Assembly (NCBI GenBank): GCA_038087875.1
Contig: CM075992.1
Span: forward strand, 12,216,001-12,280,000
Direction of reading: 5' to 3'
DNA from: Malacoraja senta
Lineage: Eukaryota
Length of the DNA stretch: 64,000 nucleotides
The notes beneath the pieces are model-generated. The model saw only the letters and a list, made by a program, of their open reading frames with translations. It had not been told where the DNA came from and did not search any database. Below, piece after piece: positions 33,849 through 46,837 of this stretch; within the stretch, counting starts at the first letter, position 1, and the number at the start of each line of letters is the position of its first letter. A program made the position numbers and the translations under genes.

Positions 33849-35819
33849 ATGGCGCCCTCCAACAGCTCTACCCCCCAGACCTCGGGGGCAGAAGTAGAGA
33901 CCATACCGCCGGTAACCACTGAGGTAAGTGAGTCTGCGGTGGATCAGTTGCAAGTTGGGGGGAGATTACAATTTGTCTTACATGAATGGCATTGGATGTC
34001 ATCTGACCCGTTTATACTGCACAGTATACAAGGTTTCCAAATTGAGTTCCTTTCCGACTCTCCTCCACCCACTCAGCATACACCTAGTCGCACTTTTGTT
34101 TTTTCACAACAGGAGTGTATGAGTGCACAAGGGGAAATTGAGTCTTTACTCAAGAAAGGGGTAATTGAGAGGTCGAGTCGTGAGCCTCACCAGTTTGTGT
34201 CCAACATATTTACGAGGCAAAAGAAGGATGGAGGATGTAGAATTATCCTTGATTTAACTGAGCTTAACACCTTTATGCAGTATAAACACTTCAAAATGGA
34301 AAACTTTGTCACTGCCAAACAACTGGTTTCCAAGGGATGCTACATGGCATGCATTGATTTCAAAGATGCTTACTATTCAGTGGCCATTCATGAAGACCAC
34401 AGGAGATTCTTGAAGTTTAGCTGGATGGAGCAATTGTGGCAGTATAAAGCATTGCCTAATGGGTTAACCTCAGCCCCCAGACTATTCACAAAATTGCTAA
34501 AACCAGTCCTGGGGCTACTCAGGGCACAGAATCACATAGTCATGGCATATTTGGATGACATCTTAATCATTGGAAAGACTTTTGAATTAGCTGCATTATC
34601 TGTGTCAGCTACAAAACTTATGTTTGAGAGGTTGGGATTCTTAATCCATCCAGTTTAGTCGAAATTGGTACCATCTACAATAATTGATTATTTGGGATTC
34701 ACCATTAAATCAATGCACATGTCAGTGACTCTGGCTCGGGGCAAGCAATTGGAGTTAATTGAAGCCTGCAGGAAACTCATTGTTAAAAATCAACCTTCTA
34801 TTAGACATGTGGCTAGTATAATTGGCAAATTAGTGGCTGCTTTCCCAGCTGCTCAGTTCGGGCCTTTGCACTATCAAAACTTACAGCGTGCAAAGGAGCA
34901 GGCACTTAAGCTGCACAGAGGTCGTTCGATAGACCCATGCAGTTGCCAGCTGAAGCCATTGCTGAATTACAATGGTGGGTTACCAATATTCAGTATTGTT
35001 CTAGTACTATTTTAGTTGATACACCATCAGTTATCCTGCAAACTGATGCCAGTGCACTAGGTTGGGATGCTACCAACACTGTCTCTAGCTGCGGTGGCAG
35101 ATGGGATCTGCAGAAATCATCGATGCTTCAGTCACACGGTATTAACTACTTAGAGTTGTTGGGAGAACTTTATGGGTTAAAGGCTTATTGTACCAACATG
35201 CATTATGTGCATGTTCAACTTCAGATTGACAACACTTCAGCAGTAGCATACATTAATCACATGGGTGGAATTATGTCTGTATCCTGTGATAAATTGTCTA
35301 ATATCATTTGGCACTGGTGTATTACGAGAAACATCTGGGTTTCAACTATCTATTTACCAGGTAGATATAACATGGTGGCAGACACCAGGTCACAAGAATT
35401 CAATGACAACAAAGAATGGATGTTGAATCACGAAGTATTTAATGACATTGTCATTTGTTATGGTGTACCGGACATTGCCTGTTTGTATCCAGGCTTAATC
35501 ATCATTTACCAAATTACGTGTCATGGGAACCAGACCCAGGGGCAGTGGCAGTAGATGCATTCTCGCTACACTGGGATGGGAAATGTTTGTATGTATTTTC
35601 CCCATTCTGCCTCATCAGTCGATGTTTGGCCAAAATCAAGCCTCTGGCTTATTGGTAGTACCAGACTGGCCTACTCAGCATTGGTTCCCACTCCTCCAAT
35701 CTATAATTACCCAGCCTTTTATGACAGTTTCGAAGAGCAGAAATCTGCTGGTACACCCTGTGACAGGGGAAAGTCGCCTTCTTCATGACCGTATAAATCT
35801 ATTGGTTTGCAGATTCTGA
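33849..35819 (+). pseudogene. DIRS C RT-RNase H-methyltransferase polyprotein (stop and frameshifts)
   Basis: ORFs 33849..34658 (DFKDAY, LPNGL, YLDD), 34665..35015, 34937..35554 (TDAS, INYLEL, DN), 35455..35658, 35523..35819. Confidence 0.9.
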
Positions 35820-36805
35820 GGAGACCGTTCCTGGGGCTCGGGATTTCAGATTGTATGATAGATGTGATCACTGCGGCCTGGAGGAAGAGCACCCAGAAAC
35901 AGTACATCACTCACATAAGGAAATGGGAGATGTACTGTTCCCGGTCAAATATTTCATATGACACGGCCTCCATCACGGACGTTTTGGAAGTTCTTTCGTC
36001 CCTTTTCTATGATCAGAAACTCAGTTACAGTGCCATAAATAGGGCCAGGAGCGCTTTGTCATCTTATTTATGGCTGGGGTCAGGGAACCACACTGTAGGA
36101 TCTCACCCCTTAATAACAAAATTTATGAAGGGCATTTTTAACTCTACTCCCCCTAGGCCCAGGTATTCACAAATATGGGATGTGAGCGTGGTCCTCACGC
36201 TGGTCCGTCTGTGGGCACCAGCTTCATCTCTGTCTCTGCATCATCTTACACTTAAGGTAGTCATGCTCATGGCGCTGGCCTCAGCACAACGGGTCCAGAC
36301 GTTAAATAAACTTAGACTGGACAGCATGGTTACGTCTTGTAATAACATCACCGTTTTTGTTCAGGATCTCATTAAGCAGAGCAGGCCAGGGGTGTTGGGG
36401 CTTAAATTGAGTTTTATAGCATTTCCCTCAGACTTACGGTTGTGTGTGGTATCACACATACTTCAATACGTTAAAGTCACTAAGAGCCTCAGAGGCTCGG
36501 AGTTATCCTTATTCATTAGTTATACCAAACCTCATAGAAAGGTTACGGTCCAGACCATCTCTAGGTGGATTAAACAGGTTCTGGCCTGTGCAGGAGTGGA
36601 CACTGACACTTTTAAACCTCATTCCACCAGGGCTGCATCGATGTCAGCAGCAAGAAATATGGACGTCCTTCTCGACCTCATTCTAGCGGCTGCGGGATGG
36701 TCTAATGAGCGGACATACCAAAGGTTTTATAACAAGCCTATCACCAGACCTGGGACTTTTGCTAGTTCTGTTTTAAGTTCTGTTTCACAGTTTCTCCCTG
36801 GGTGA
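35807..36805 (+). CDS. DIRS tyrosine recombinase, uninterrupted 332-aa ORF
   Basis: N-terminal binding region (AAWRKSTQKQY...RSALS) and catalytic-type motifs SAQR, KQSR, HSTR, AGW, RFY. Confidence 0.9.
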   Translation: MQILRRPFLGLGISDCMIDVITAAWRKSTQKQYITHIRKWEMYCSRSNISYDTASITDVLEVLSSLFYDQKLSYSAINRARSALSSYLWLGSGNHTVGSHPLITKFMKGIFNSTPPRPRYSQIWDVSVVLTLVRLWAPASSLSLHHLTLKVVMLMALASAQRVQTLNKLRLDSMVTSCNNITVFVQDLIKQSRPGVLGLKLSFIAFPSDLRLCVVSHILQYVKVTKSLRGSELSLFISYTKPHRKVTVQTISRWIKQVLACAGVDTDTFKPHSTRAASMSAARNMDVLLDLILAAAGWSNERTYQRFYNKPITRPGTFASSVLSSVSQFLPG

Positions 36806-37240
36806 GAGGGGTCACTGTTAATTTTCTTTTGTTATTAAAGCATCATCATTTTTTATCCATGTCATGTTTGAATGCATTAATTTTTTTCTCACTCATCCTG
36901 GTCAATTGATGCCGTGTGTGATGCATGGACTCGTTTTCCACGGCATGAAATCACAGAGCTTCAAAATCTTCACGTAGTCACTCACATGACTCTGAAGTAA
37001 AATAGTAAGATTAAACAAGAACTTACCAGTTTGAAGTTTGATCTTTATTTAATGAGGAGTTACGATGAGCGATTACGTGCCCTCCGCTCCCGACCCTCAT
37101 AACATAAAGATCTTTCTGGAAGTTCTAGTCAGCTCTAATCTTACTATTTTAGTTCAATAACTGTTATTCTGTGATTTCACACCGCTGCTTTGAAGATTGA
37201 CGCGCATGCGTGTTGGCGGCCTTCACGTAATCGCTCATCG

Positions 37241-37830
37241 AGGAGACTTCATGTCTGGCACGGCGACCCTGTTTGATAGTGAAGATAAGGATTTAGATAA
37301 TCCTGGGAGATGTCCACCTCCCTACGTAGTACCAGTAGCGATGGCATCCTTACCTGTACAAGCTCCGTCAGTAACATCCCTATACCTCGAAGTTCCGACC
37401 TTACAAAGCTACACAGAATTGGGGGCACGGGCATGCCCTTTCTGTGTGTAACTTGCTTGAGGCATAGATGCTCCCAGAACAGCTGTCCATTATTAAATGT
37501 GCTGTCCACACTGGTGCTGGGGACCCGATAACCAAACACAATGAGTTTGCCGATAGTGTATCTAAACAAGCGGCCTATGCATCCAAATGCGTAGTGACAG
37601 CAGGTAAACAGATGCTAGCAAATAAAATGGTCCTGCCAAACATGAGGGAGGTATGTACATTCCAGAGGGACGCCTCTAATATCCAAAAACAACTATGGAA
37701 ACGAGAGGGCTGTGCCATTGATTCAGCTCACCCCGCTTGGACAAGTTTGTGTATACGATGCATTTTTACTTGTCTTACTAATATATTCACTACCTTACCC
37801 ATGCTGGTAAGGAGGGAATGATAAAGCAGA
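37241..37830 (+). mobile_element. ERV remnant: gag late domain joined to RNase H and integrase N-terminus
   Basis: PPPY at 37314-37325; LPEQLSIIKCAVHTG..NEFADSVSKQAA (retroviral RNase H C-terminus); IHYLTHAGKEGM (integrase H-x3-H) at ~37785-37820. Confidence 0.8.
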
Positions 37831-38989
37831 AATAGAGTTGAAGAGGTTGGAAACTGTTGCAGTTGGTGGACAGACAGAAAAGAGAAAAAAAAAGCATAGG
37901 ATTGGGTCGCAAAATGAAGTGACAAGTTTTTTTTTTTAAAAGAGGGGGAAGATATTGCGCAAAACAAAATTACCCCGGGGGAATCCTCTTTCGGACAAGC
38001 AACTATGTTCTAAAAATATTGGGGATGAAGGAAAATTCGGTGGAGAAATGAGGATAGGGTAGGGAGACTGAAAAGTCATGGGGAGTCTGACTAATCACGA
38101 TCTGGATCATTGTCCTATCACAGCGTACGAGTTTTTCAAACTTAACTCTCTCGCTTCAACAAAAATACTATACCTCAGTCCTCCCACTGCAATGACTATA
38201 TAAGTGACCCGACAGAGCATCAGTCTCCCTGGGGAATGTCTGAGCTAATAAAACATGGCAGCTTTTCTGGTAAACAGAAGTCTTGTCAGAAAAAGGGAAA
38301 GTAAATTACAAAGAGACGTCTTTGAAGATGAAATATTATATACTGCTGGTAAAACAATGTTTTTTGTATATGCACTGCTTGTAAAACAAAGTTTTTTGTA
38401 TGTGAAATGTGTGAAATTTGAAGCAATGAATAAATGTGTGTGTGTCCCTTTAAGAACAGTTTGTCCTTTAAAATGCAAATGAACAGACAGGTTATGGTGT
38501 GTCCCTTTATGAAACTGCCATGAATGGGGAGCGGAGCTATACTCGAATGATAAAATGTGTTGGTTGCTATAAATCTTTTGAGCCAAGTTCAAAAAGAGAC
38601 ACATCCCAATTAAAGTGTTAAATGAGATTGGAAATGTCAAAATTACAGAGAATAAGAAAATGTATTATTGATTACTGATTCTGAGTGAGTTCTTTTTGGG
38701 AAAGATTGTTTTGATATGATAACAGAGGTTGTCCTTTAAAATGCAAATGAAGCAAGATTACTGTCTGCAGACAAACAAAGGTGTTGAATCATGTGTTGTG
38801 TATGGGAAATGAATGTACTTGAAAAATTGTCTTATGGCTTACAAAAGGGGGTTCGAGGGAACTCACAATGAGGGATAAAATGTGAGGGAAGATAAAGTAG
38901 ATTGGGGAAGAGAACATATTTGGAGAATTGAATAGTTAGGTGGGGGGAACCTGTTCAGATATAATCGGATTAATCTGAATTAATTGGAC

Positions 38990-40315
38990 GGTGGTCCAAC
39001 CACTCCTCAAAAAACTAAACCTCGACCCCACCTTGCCAAGCAACTACAGACCCATTTCTAAACTGCCTTTCCTCTCAAAAGCCCTTGAAAAGGTAATGTT
39101 AAGTCAACTTATACCTTACCTTCACCAAAACACTATCTTGGAAACTTTCCAATCAGGTTTCAGGGCTCACCATAGCACAGAGTCTGCCTTGCTGAAGGTA
39201 CACAATGACCTACTGCTCACCGTTGACTCCAGCGACTGTGCAATTCTGCTCCTTCTTGACCTCAGTGCAACATTTGATACTGTCGACCACACCATCCTAA
39301 TTGACCGTCTCCAGTATGGGGTTGGTATTGATGGCACTGCCCTGACCTGGTTCATCTCCTACATCAAAGGTAGGAGTTTCTTGAATAACATAGGCAACTC
39401 ATTCTCCTCCCCAGTTAATCTCTGCTGTGGGGTTCCACAAGGTTCCATCCTTGGCCCCATTCTCTTCTCCCTGTATATGCTCCCCTTAGGCCAAGTCATT
39501 GAAAGGCACGGCATTTCCTTCCATTGCTACGCAGACGATACACAACTCTATCTCCCCCTGAAGCCCAAAAACCAATCAAATCTGTTTAACCTTACCCACT
39601 GCCTCGAGGATATAAAGTGTTGGATGGCCCAGAACTTCCTCCAACTAAACGAGAGTAAGTCTGAGGTCATCCTTCTCGGCCCCTCGGACTCAATAAAAAT
39701 GATAGCAGGCAGCCTTGGAAGCCTTACCCCACTACTCAAACCTCACATCAAAAACCTTGGCGTGATATTTGACTCAGCACTGAAATTTGACAAACAAGTC
39801 AATGCCGTGGTAAAAGCTAGCTTCTTTCAGCTTCGGACGATAGCTAAAATAAAACAATTCCTCCAGTTTGATGACCTGGAAAAGATCATCCACACATTCA
39901 TCTCCTCCCGCCTAGATTACTGCAACTCCCTTTACACTGGCATCAGCCAATCTTCCCTGTTCCGCCTGCAACTGGTCCAAAACGCCGCAGCGAGACTCCT
40001 GACGGGCACCCGAAAAAGGGACCACATCACCCCGATCCTGGCCTCTCTCCACTGGCACCCTGTGTGGTTCCGTATAAACTTCAAGATCCTCCTCCATGTC
40101 TACAAAGCCCTCAATGGGCTTGCCCCACCTACATAAAAAGTCTTCTCATCCACCACTCCACCTCCAGGCCCCTCAGATCGGCCGACTTGGGGTTGCTGAA
40201 TATCCCACGGTCTAGGCATAAGCTCAGGAGTGACCGGGCCTTTGCGGCTGCAGCTCCTAGACTGTGGAACAGCATCCCCTTTCCCATCAGATCTGCCCCC
40301 TCCATCGACTCTTTT
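38990..40315 (+). mobile_element. L2-clade LINE, RT region (continues at 46421-46620)
   Basis: ORF 38991..40136: NYRPIS, FQSGFR..HSTESAL, YADDTQLY, SRLDYCN, LQLVQNAAAR, HITPIL. Confidence 0.93.
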
Positions 40316-40712
40316 TTTAATTTTTTTTTTATTTTAATTTATTAGAAGTAAATTACATTACAACCACATACATTAGTACTCGTCACATATATCTTCTTAC
40401 AATTAATGTACTCCGTTTGTTTTTTACACTAATAAAGGGAAAGGATGAGATTGAGAGAAAGAAGAAAGTGAAGGAAAAGGTGAAAGTGTAAAAAAACGTG
40501 ACAACAAGAAAGAACGAAGACCCTATAAGAACGAAATTAAAAACAAAAGAAAAAGAGTTAAGAAATAGACCGTAGAAAAGAAGAAGAGAGAGAAAGAGGG
40601 AAAAGAGAAAAACAAATAGTTTTTGTAAGCATCTCGCAAATGGGACATACCAACTCTCCAAATTTCATCCCCCATTACCTGACCTCAGTTTTTTTTAAGG
40701 TAATTTTGCACC

Positions 40713-43700
40713 CTATATTTGTAATAATTCTATAAATGCAGACCACGTCAGGTGGAAGTGATCTGGTTTACCTGCCAGGAGGAGTCTTACCTCTTCTAGG
40801 TGTAATGTTTCGAACATATTTGAAATCCACATGTTTACAGTTGGTATTGGAGCCTTTTTCCAAAATTTTAGGATTAGCTTTTTTCCAGTTATTAACCCAT
40901 AGTCTATTAATTTCTTTTGGAACACATTTAGTTCTGCACCATCTTCCGTTATTCCGAAGATAATCCATTCTGCTTTGGGTATCAGTTTTATTTTAAATAA
41001 TTTTGTAAAGATTTCTGAATTTTTGAATTTTTGTACAGAAAACTGTAGTAGTTTCTTGAGATTGACATTTATCACAAATGGATGATACATTTGGGAATAT
41101 TTTATGGATTTTAGTTTTGGAATAATATAATAATAATATAATAATATAATAATAATAATAATATAATAATAATATAATAATAATATAATCTATGTACAAT
41201 TTTAAATTGTATTAAAGTGTGTCTTACATTAATCGAACATTTATGCACGTTTAATAAGTGTTCATTCCACCTTTCCTTTGAAATTTTAATAGCTAATTCT
41301 TGTTCCCAGTCTCTTCTGATACCCTCCGTAGATGGTATTTCTACATTTAAGATAATATTATACAAATATGATATTAAGTTTGCTGATTCAGCTTTTATCT
41401 GCATTGCATCATCCAATACATCTGCTGGGCTATTATAATGATCTTTTATATATTTTTTCAAATAGTCGCATATTTGAAAATATTTAAAATATTGATTATT
41501 TCCGAGTTTATATTTTCTTTGTAATTGTTGAAATGAAAGTAATTTTCCAGTTTCATACAAGTCACCGAACGTTTTAATTCCTAGTCTATCCCAGTGTGTG
41601 AAAGATGTATCTATAATAGAGGGATTAAACGAAGGATTATTAACTATGGGAGATAAAAGTGATAAATTTCTTAATTTTAAATTTTGTTTTATTTGTTTCC
41701 AAATTCGGATTGTGCTATGTATAATTGGGTTCTTATTATAATTTATGTTATTCAGTTTCATTGGTGAGAGGAGGATCGCTCCAATGTTTCCAGAGGAGCA
41801 ATCCTCTCTCTCCATTACAATCCAGTCCACTTGCTGGGCAGAGTTATCCATCAGTTGAATCATATTTTTAATATTTACTGACCAATAATAATACATGAAA
41901 TTAGGTAGTGCTAAACCCCCTACTACTTTAGGTTTATTCAAGTGAGTTTTTTGTATTCTATGTGATTTATAGTCCCATATAAAATTAGTGATATCCGAGT
42001 CCAATTAAAAAAAAAACTTATTTGGTAAGTATATAGGAATCGATTGAAATAGGTATAAAATTTGTGGTAGAAAGATCATTTTTATTGCAATTATTCGGCC
42101 TATTAAAGACATCGGGAGCGTTTTCCAAAATTTAATTAGTGTGTTTAATTTATTAAGTAGAGGATCAAAATTTGCTTTAAACATACCTTGATATGTTGTA
42201 GTAATTTCGATTCCCAAGTATTTAAATTTTTCTGTAGCTATTTTAAAAGGGAATTTTAAAAGATGTGTTGAGTCTTTCGGTTTTATTGACATAATTTCAC
42301 TTTTATTCCAATTTATTCTGTATCCAGAAAAAGATCCAAAGTCTTCAATTAAATTTAATATATTTGGTATAGTGATTTGAGGTTTTGTAATGTACAGTAA
42401 TATATCATCCGCGTATAAAGATATTTTATTATTTGAATCTTTAGTATTATACCCATGGATATCAGGATGTATTCTAATTTTTCTGCTAACGGTTCAATAA
42501 TAAGAGCAAACAACTGTGGTGATAATGAGCATCCTTGTCTATTTCCCCTTGATAGTTGAAATTTCGAGGATAATATGTTATTAGTTAATATTCTAGCTGT
42601 AGGTTTATTATATAATAATTTAATCCATAGAATAAAATTCTCTCCCAGTTGGAATTTTTGTAATACTTTATCCATATAATTCCATTCTACTTGGTCAAAT
42701 GCTTTTTCAGCATCCAGCGAAATAATTGATAATTCTTGTTCTTCAGATTTATGTGAGTGCATTATGTTGAGTAAACGTCTCATATTGTTAGATGAATATC
42801 TCTTAGGGATAAACCCCCTCTGATCTGGGTTTATTAGTTTACTAATATATTTACTTAATCTTCTAGCTAATGTTTTCGCTAATATTTTTTGATCTGTGTT
42901 TAACAATGCTATAGCTCTATATGAACCCGGTTCTTCTATATCTTTGTCTTTCTTAAGTATTAGTGTAATCGTTGATTCCGCTAATGTATCAGGTAGTATT
43001 TGTTTTTTTAAAGCATATTGGTACATTTTTTGTAATCTTGGTATAATTTTGTCATAGAAGCTTTTATAAAATTCATTAGTAAATCCATCAGGACCTGGTG
43101 TTTTTCCATTCTTTAGTGAGTTTATTGTATCTTCTAATTCCTTAATTGAGATTTGTGCACCCAATTCCTCTTGTTCCTTCAACTCTAACTTTGGAAGATT
43201 ACAATTATCCAAAAACTCTGTAATTTTATTGGAGTCAGTTGTCGTTTTAGATGTATACAAATTCTCATGAAATTGCGCAAATCTTTTATTAATATCCTTC
43301 GGTATGGTTAATAATTCCCCTCTATCTGATTTAATCTTTGGGATCGTATGTTCTTTTTCTCATTTTTTTAGCTGGCGAGCCAAAAGTTTATGCGGTTTAT
43401 CCCCAAATTCAAAGTGCTGTTGTTTTGTAATTTGAAAAAGTCTTATCAGTTTGGCTTATAATAGTTTATTTAATTTAAATTTCAAAATTATTATTTTATT
43501 ATGTTTATCTATGGATGGATCTTTAGCATTATCTATATCCATTTGTCTAATAAGTTCTTCTAACTGTCTTTGTTCATTCTTATTATTTTTATTTTGAAAA
43601 GCTAGATATGAAATTATAATACCCCTAATGTATGCTTTAAAAGATTCCCATAATACAGTAGGCGATATATCTGGAGTGTCATTTATTTCAAAAAAGGCAT

Positions 43701-44304
43701 CCATTTGTTCTTTTAAATATATACTCGCTTGTGGGTCTTTTAGGATTTGAGAATTAAATCTCCAAAACGGTTTATTCTAAGACATTCCTTCCAGTTTTAA
43801 AAAGAAAGTTAGTGGTGAATGGTCTGAAATCGAATTTGTATGGTATGTTGATAGTTAGACTCTGCGATTGTATGGAATTTGATAGTTAGACTCTGCGATT
43901 ATGTTCAGAATTTTATTTTAAAAATGAGGGTTGTCGAAGTTAGGAGCATATATATTTACCAAGGTAATTGGAGTATCATGAATTTCTCCATTAACTATTA
44001 AGTATCTCCCTTCGATGTCTGTTATGGTATTCTTTGCTTTAAATGGTATACCTTTTCTTATAATGATTGACGTACCTCTAGATTTCGAAGTAAATGAAGA
44101 ATGGTATGTTTGACCTATCCATTTCGCCCTCAACCTAGCTTGATCCTGAGATTTTAAATGAGTTTCTTGTAAGAAGATAATGTCAGAGTTGTACAGTTTC
44201 AGCTGAGCTAGTATCTTACCCCTTTTAATAGGTTTGTTAATACCTCTTATATTCCAACTACAGAATGAGATTCCTCCTAGGTTCTTTTGCTTAGCATCTT
44301 GCAT
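40713..44304 (-). pseudogene. L1 ORF2 (APE endonuclease, RT, Cys-rich domain), frameshifted
   Basis: SWNIRG, FLQETH, NIYAPN; KTPGPDGF, SLDAEKAFD, RQGCSLSP; CDKC; several frameshifts and a (TAATA)n expansion at ~41123-41188. Confidence 0.92.
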
Positions 44305-45043
44305 TTTGAATAATTATAGTACCTTTAAATCTTGTGGTGCATCCATATCCCAGGTCTTTGGGTATTGGGGGAACTTTTGAATTTCTAAGTTTTGTTGGTA
44401 TATCCCTTTTACGCTTATCACTAATCACAAAACACAAACATGTGAGTTTATGTGATAATTTAAAAAAAACTAAAAAAGTGAAAATACAGTGTCTAATATA
44501 GTCGGCACTGTAGCAAGTGGCCCACCTGTAGGTGGGAGAAAACCTTGTTTCGACTTCCATTGTGATGTTAAACAAATAGCTCCACTCTCTTGGTTAATCA
44601 TAACATATTAAAATATTAAAACGGGGCCTCACATTCAGATATATAATACCATTTTACCCTATATATTTCATTATAACATATCATGTATATATCGCAATTT
44701 TAGCTACTAATTATTAAACAGATAATTTTGACTTCAATAATGGTCAACTGTTGGTTGAAGGGGTTAACGAGACGTGCCCCTGGACCTAGGCCAGGTGCTC
44801 GTTTCTCATCCCCTCCTCCCAGTTATAGATAAGGTATAAATTTAGTAAAAATTCGTGTTAGTATTGTTAGTTCGTTATTTTTTTATTTATTTTTTATTTT
44901 TGTTAGCGTCCGTAGCTATTCTAATCTAACATAGATAACTTATTAAGTTGTTAATAGGATAAGTTCTTACAATTGGATTTAATATTGTAGTCTATTAAAC
45001 AGATAATGCTTCTGGTATATACCATTCACTTCTGTTCACCTGT

Positions 45044-46228
45044 TTACTCATTTTGAACAGAAAGTGGCCTTGATTCAAAATTCCATAGATACCAGTCTAG
45101 CCATCCCAAAACAAAACATTGCTTGGACTGGTTCAAATCTGCCAAACCTCCATTTGATTTCCATTTTTCCATGATACTCTGGGCATATTTGAACGCATCT
45201 TCAGGTTTTACAAATGACTTTTCAGAACCCTTGAAAGAAATACGCATTTTAGCTGGATAAAACCCCCCATATCTGATCCCTTGTTTCCCTCTTAAAAGCT
45301 CTTTAACCTTCCCAAATTGGTTTCTCTTTTGCACAATTTCATACGGATAGTCCCTGAATATCTTAATAATGTCATTGTCCACCCGCAGCTGCACTCCGTA
45401 TTTGATTTTGCTTATAACATCTTCCAGTTCTAAAATATCCTGAAATTTCACAATAATATGTCGAGGATGAGTTTTTCCAGCATCAGATCTCTGTTTAAAT
45501 CTTGGTACACGATGAGCCACTTCAATTTTCGGTTCTTTGGAAAGATTAAGCCGTTGTTTAAGTAAGCCCATGGCAAACTCACGAACGTCCTTCCCCTCGA
45601 CTCCCTCTGAGACTCCAAGAATTCTCAAATTCTGGCGTCTAGAGCGAGCCTCCAGGTCCAGGCATTTGTCTGAGACTTTCCCCAGTTGAATCACCATCTG
45701 TAGTGAAGTTTGTTCATTTTCTTGCTTCATTTGCTCATGTTCTTGCCTCATTTTCACCATGTCTTCAACCACTCGAGCCATATTTTTCTCCAATTCCGTT
45801 ATTGTGCGCATACTTGCAGCTACTGTTTCAAGCACAGCCGTGAACCTGTCCGTAGTAGTTTCATCCATCTTGTCCATTCTCCCCAATAGTCCATCTTTCA
45901 CATCCTCAATTTGTTTATTTATAGTGTCCAGTGAATCAGCCACCTTCTGATTACCAGCATTTGAATCCTCCATCATCTTTTCAATTTTTTCCATCATTTT
46001 TCCCATCAGAGATTTATTTTCATCCAAAATTTCATCTTTCATATCTTTAACAAATGTCTTCAAATCACCAAACTCTTTGTCCTTACCAGACTCTGTCTTA
46101 GATCTTGTATCCATTTCTGCAGCCACTTCAGAAACTTCAAATGTAACTTCTCCTTCAGGCTTCTTCTGGTTCCTCAGCAGCTTTTTCATTGATCTCTGAG
46201 GGCTCTGAGCTGGAGACAGTTTACTCAT
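45044..46228 (-). CDS. L1 ORF1p (coiled coil plus RRM), open 394 aa
   Basis: LEARSRRQNLRILGVSEG, AHR, PRHIIVKF, IFRDY motifs. Confidence 0.9.
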   Translation of the reverse strand: MSKLSPAQSPQRSMKKLLRNQKKPEGEVTFEVSEVAAEMDTRSKTESGKDKEFGDLKTFVKDMKDEILDENKSLMGKMMEKIEKMMEDSNAGNQKVADSLDTINKQIEDVKDGLLGRMDKMDETTTDRFTAVLETVAASMRTITELEKNMARVVEDMVKMRQEHEQMKQENEQTSLQMVIQLGKVSDKCLDLEARSRRQNLRILGVSEGVEGKDVREFAMGLLKQRLNLSKEPKIEVAHRVPRFKQRSDAGKTHPRHIIVKFQDILELEDVISKIKYGVQLRVDNDIIKIFRDYPYEIVQKRNQFGKVKELLRGKQGIRYGGFYPAKMRISFKGSEKSFVKPEDAFKYAQSIMEKWKSNGGLADLNQSKQCFVLGWLDWYLWNFESRPLSVQNE

Positions 46229-46420
46229 TTAAAAGGCTTTAAACCACCGTTTAAAACGTCGCGCTTACTGATGACGTCATCAGCCCAGCGACCAGAAGCT
46301 CCGGTAAGGTTTTTTAATCCAGTCCCGATTTATGGACCCGTTTTACACGAAAAATCGTGAAGTTTTCCGGCAGTGGAGCTAGGTGCACGTCTGTTAATCC
46401 AACATGGCGCCACCGGAAGT

Positions 46421-46620
46421 CTCCATCGACTCTTTTAAGTCAAGGCTAAAGAATTAGCTATACTCCCAAGCCTTTCCTGACATCCTCTGAGTGAGGGCTA
46501 CATGTATATATGTATGTAGTTTGTTTTGTTGTGCTATTCTTATAACAAATGTAAAGCACTTTGGCCAACGAGAGTTGTTTTTTAAATGTGCTATATAAAT
46601 AAATGAGACTTGTGACTTGA
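46421..46620 (+). mobile_element. L2 3' end (remainder of the element split by L1)
   Basis: Resumes SIDSFKSRLK; TGTAAAGCACTTTGG...GCTATATAAATAAA and GACTT-type tail. Confidence 0.85.
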
Positions 46621-46641
46621 AAGAATAAGTTCACAGGAAAG

Positions 46642-46767
46642 TGTTTAAGAAGGAACTGCAGATGCTGGAAAATCAAAGGTAGACAAGTGCTGGAGAATCT
46701 CAGCGGGTGAGGCAGCATCTATGGAGCGAAGGAAATAGGCATTGTTTCAGGCCAAAACCTTTCTTCA
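46642..46767 (-). mobile_element. Short Penelope-derived repeat with degenerate hammerhead
   Basis: Same family as 3358-3458; flanked by the direct repeat AGTTCACAGGAAAG. Confidence 0.65.
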
Positions 46768-46837
46768 GTTCACAGGAAAGGTGATTTCACATTTCCAAAT
46801 CACCTGCAGAGTTTTGGTGGAGGGAATGAATAGAATG

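Larger units (their letters stand above)
32603..37240 (+). mobile_element. DIRS1-type retrotransposon copy C (best preserved; right terminus truncated)
   Basis: ATT plus left ITR at 32603; ICR ~36968-37079; right ITR 37196-37240; RT, RH, MT and YR coding regions. Confidence 0.95.
40316..46420 (-). mobile_element. Full-length L1-clade LINE (~6.1 kb)
   Basis: 16-bp TSD CTCCATCGACTCTTTT (40300-40315, 46421-46436) at a TT/AAAA site; poly-A tail; ORF1 and ORF2; 5' end ACTTCCGGTGGCGCCATGTTG. Confidence 0.96.
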
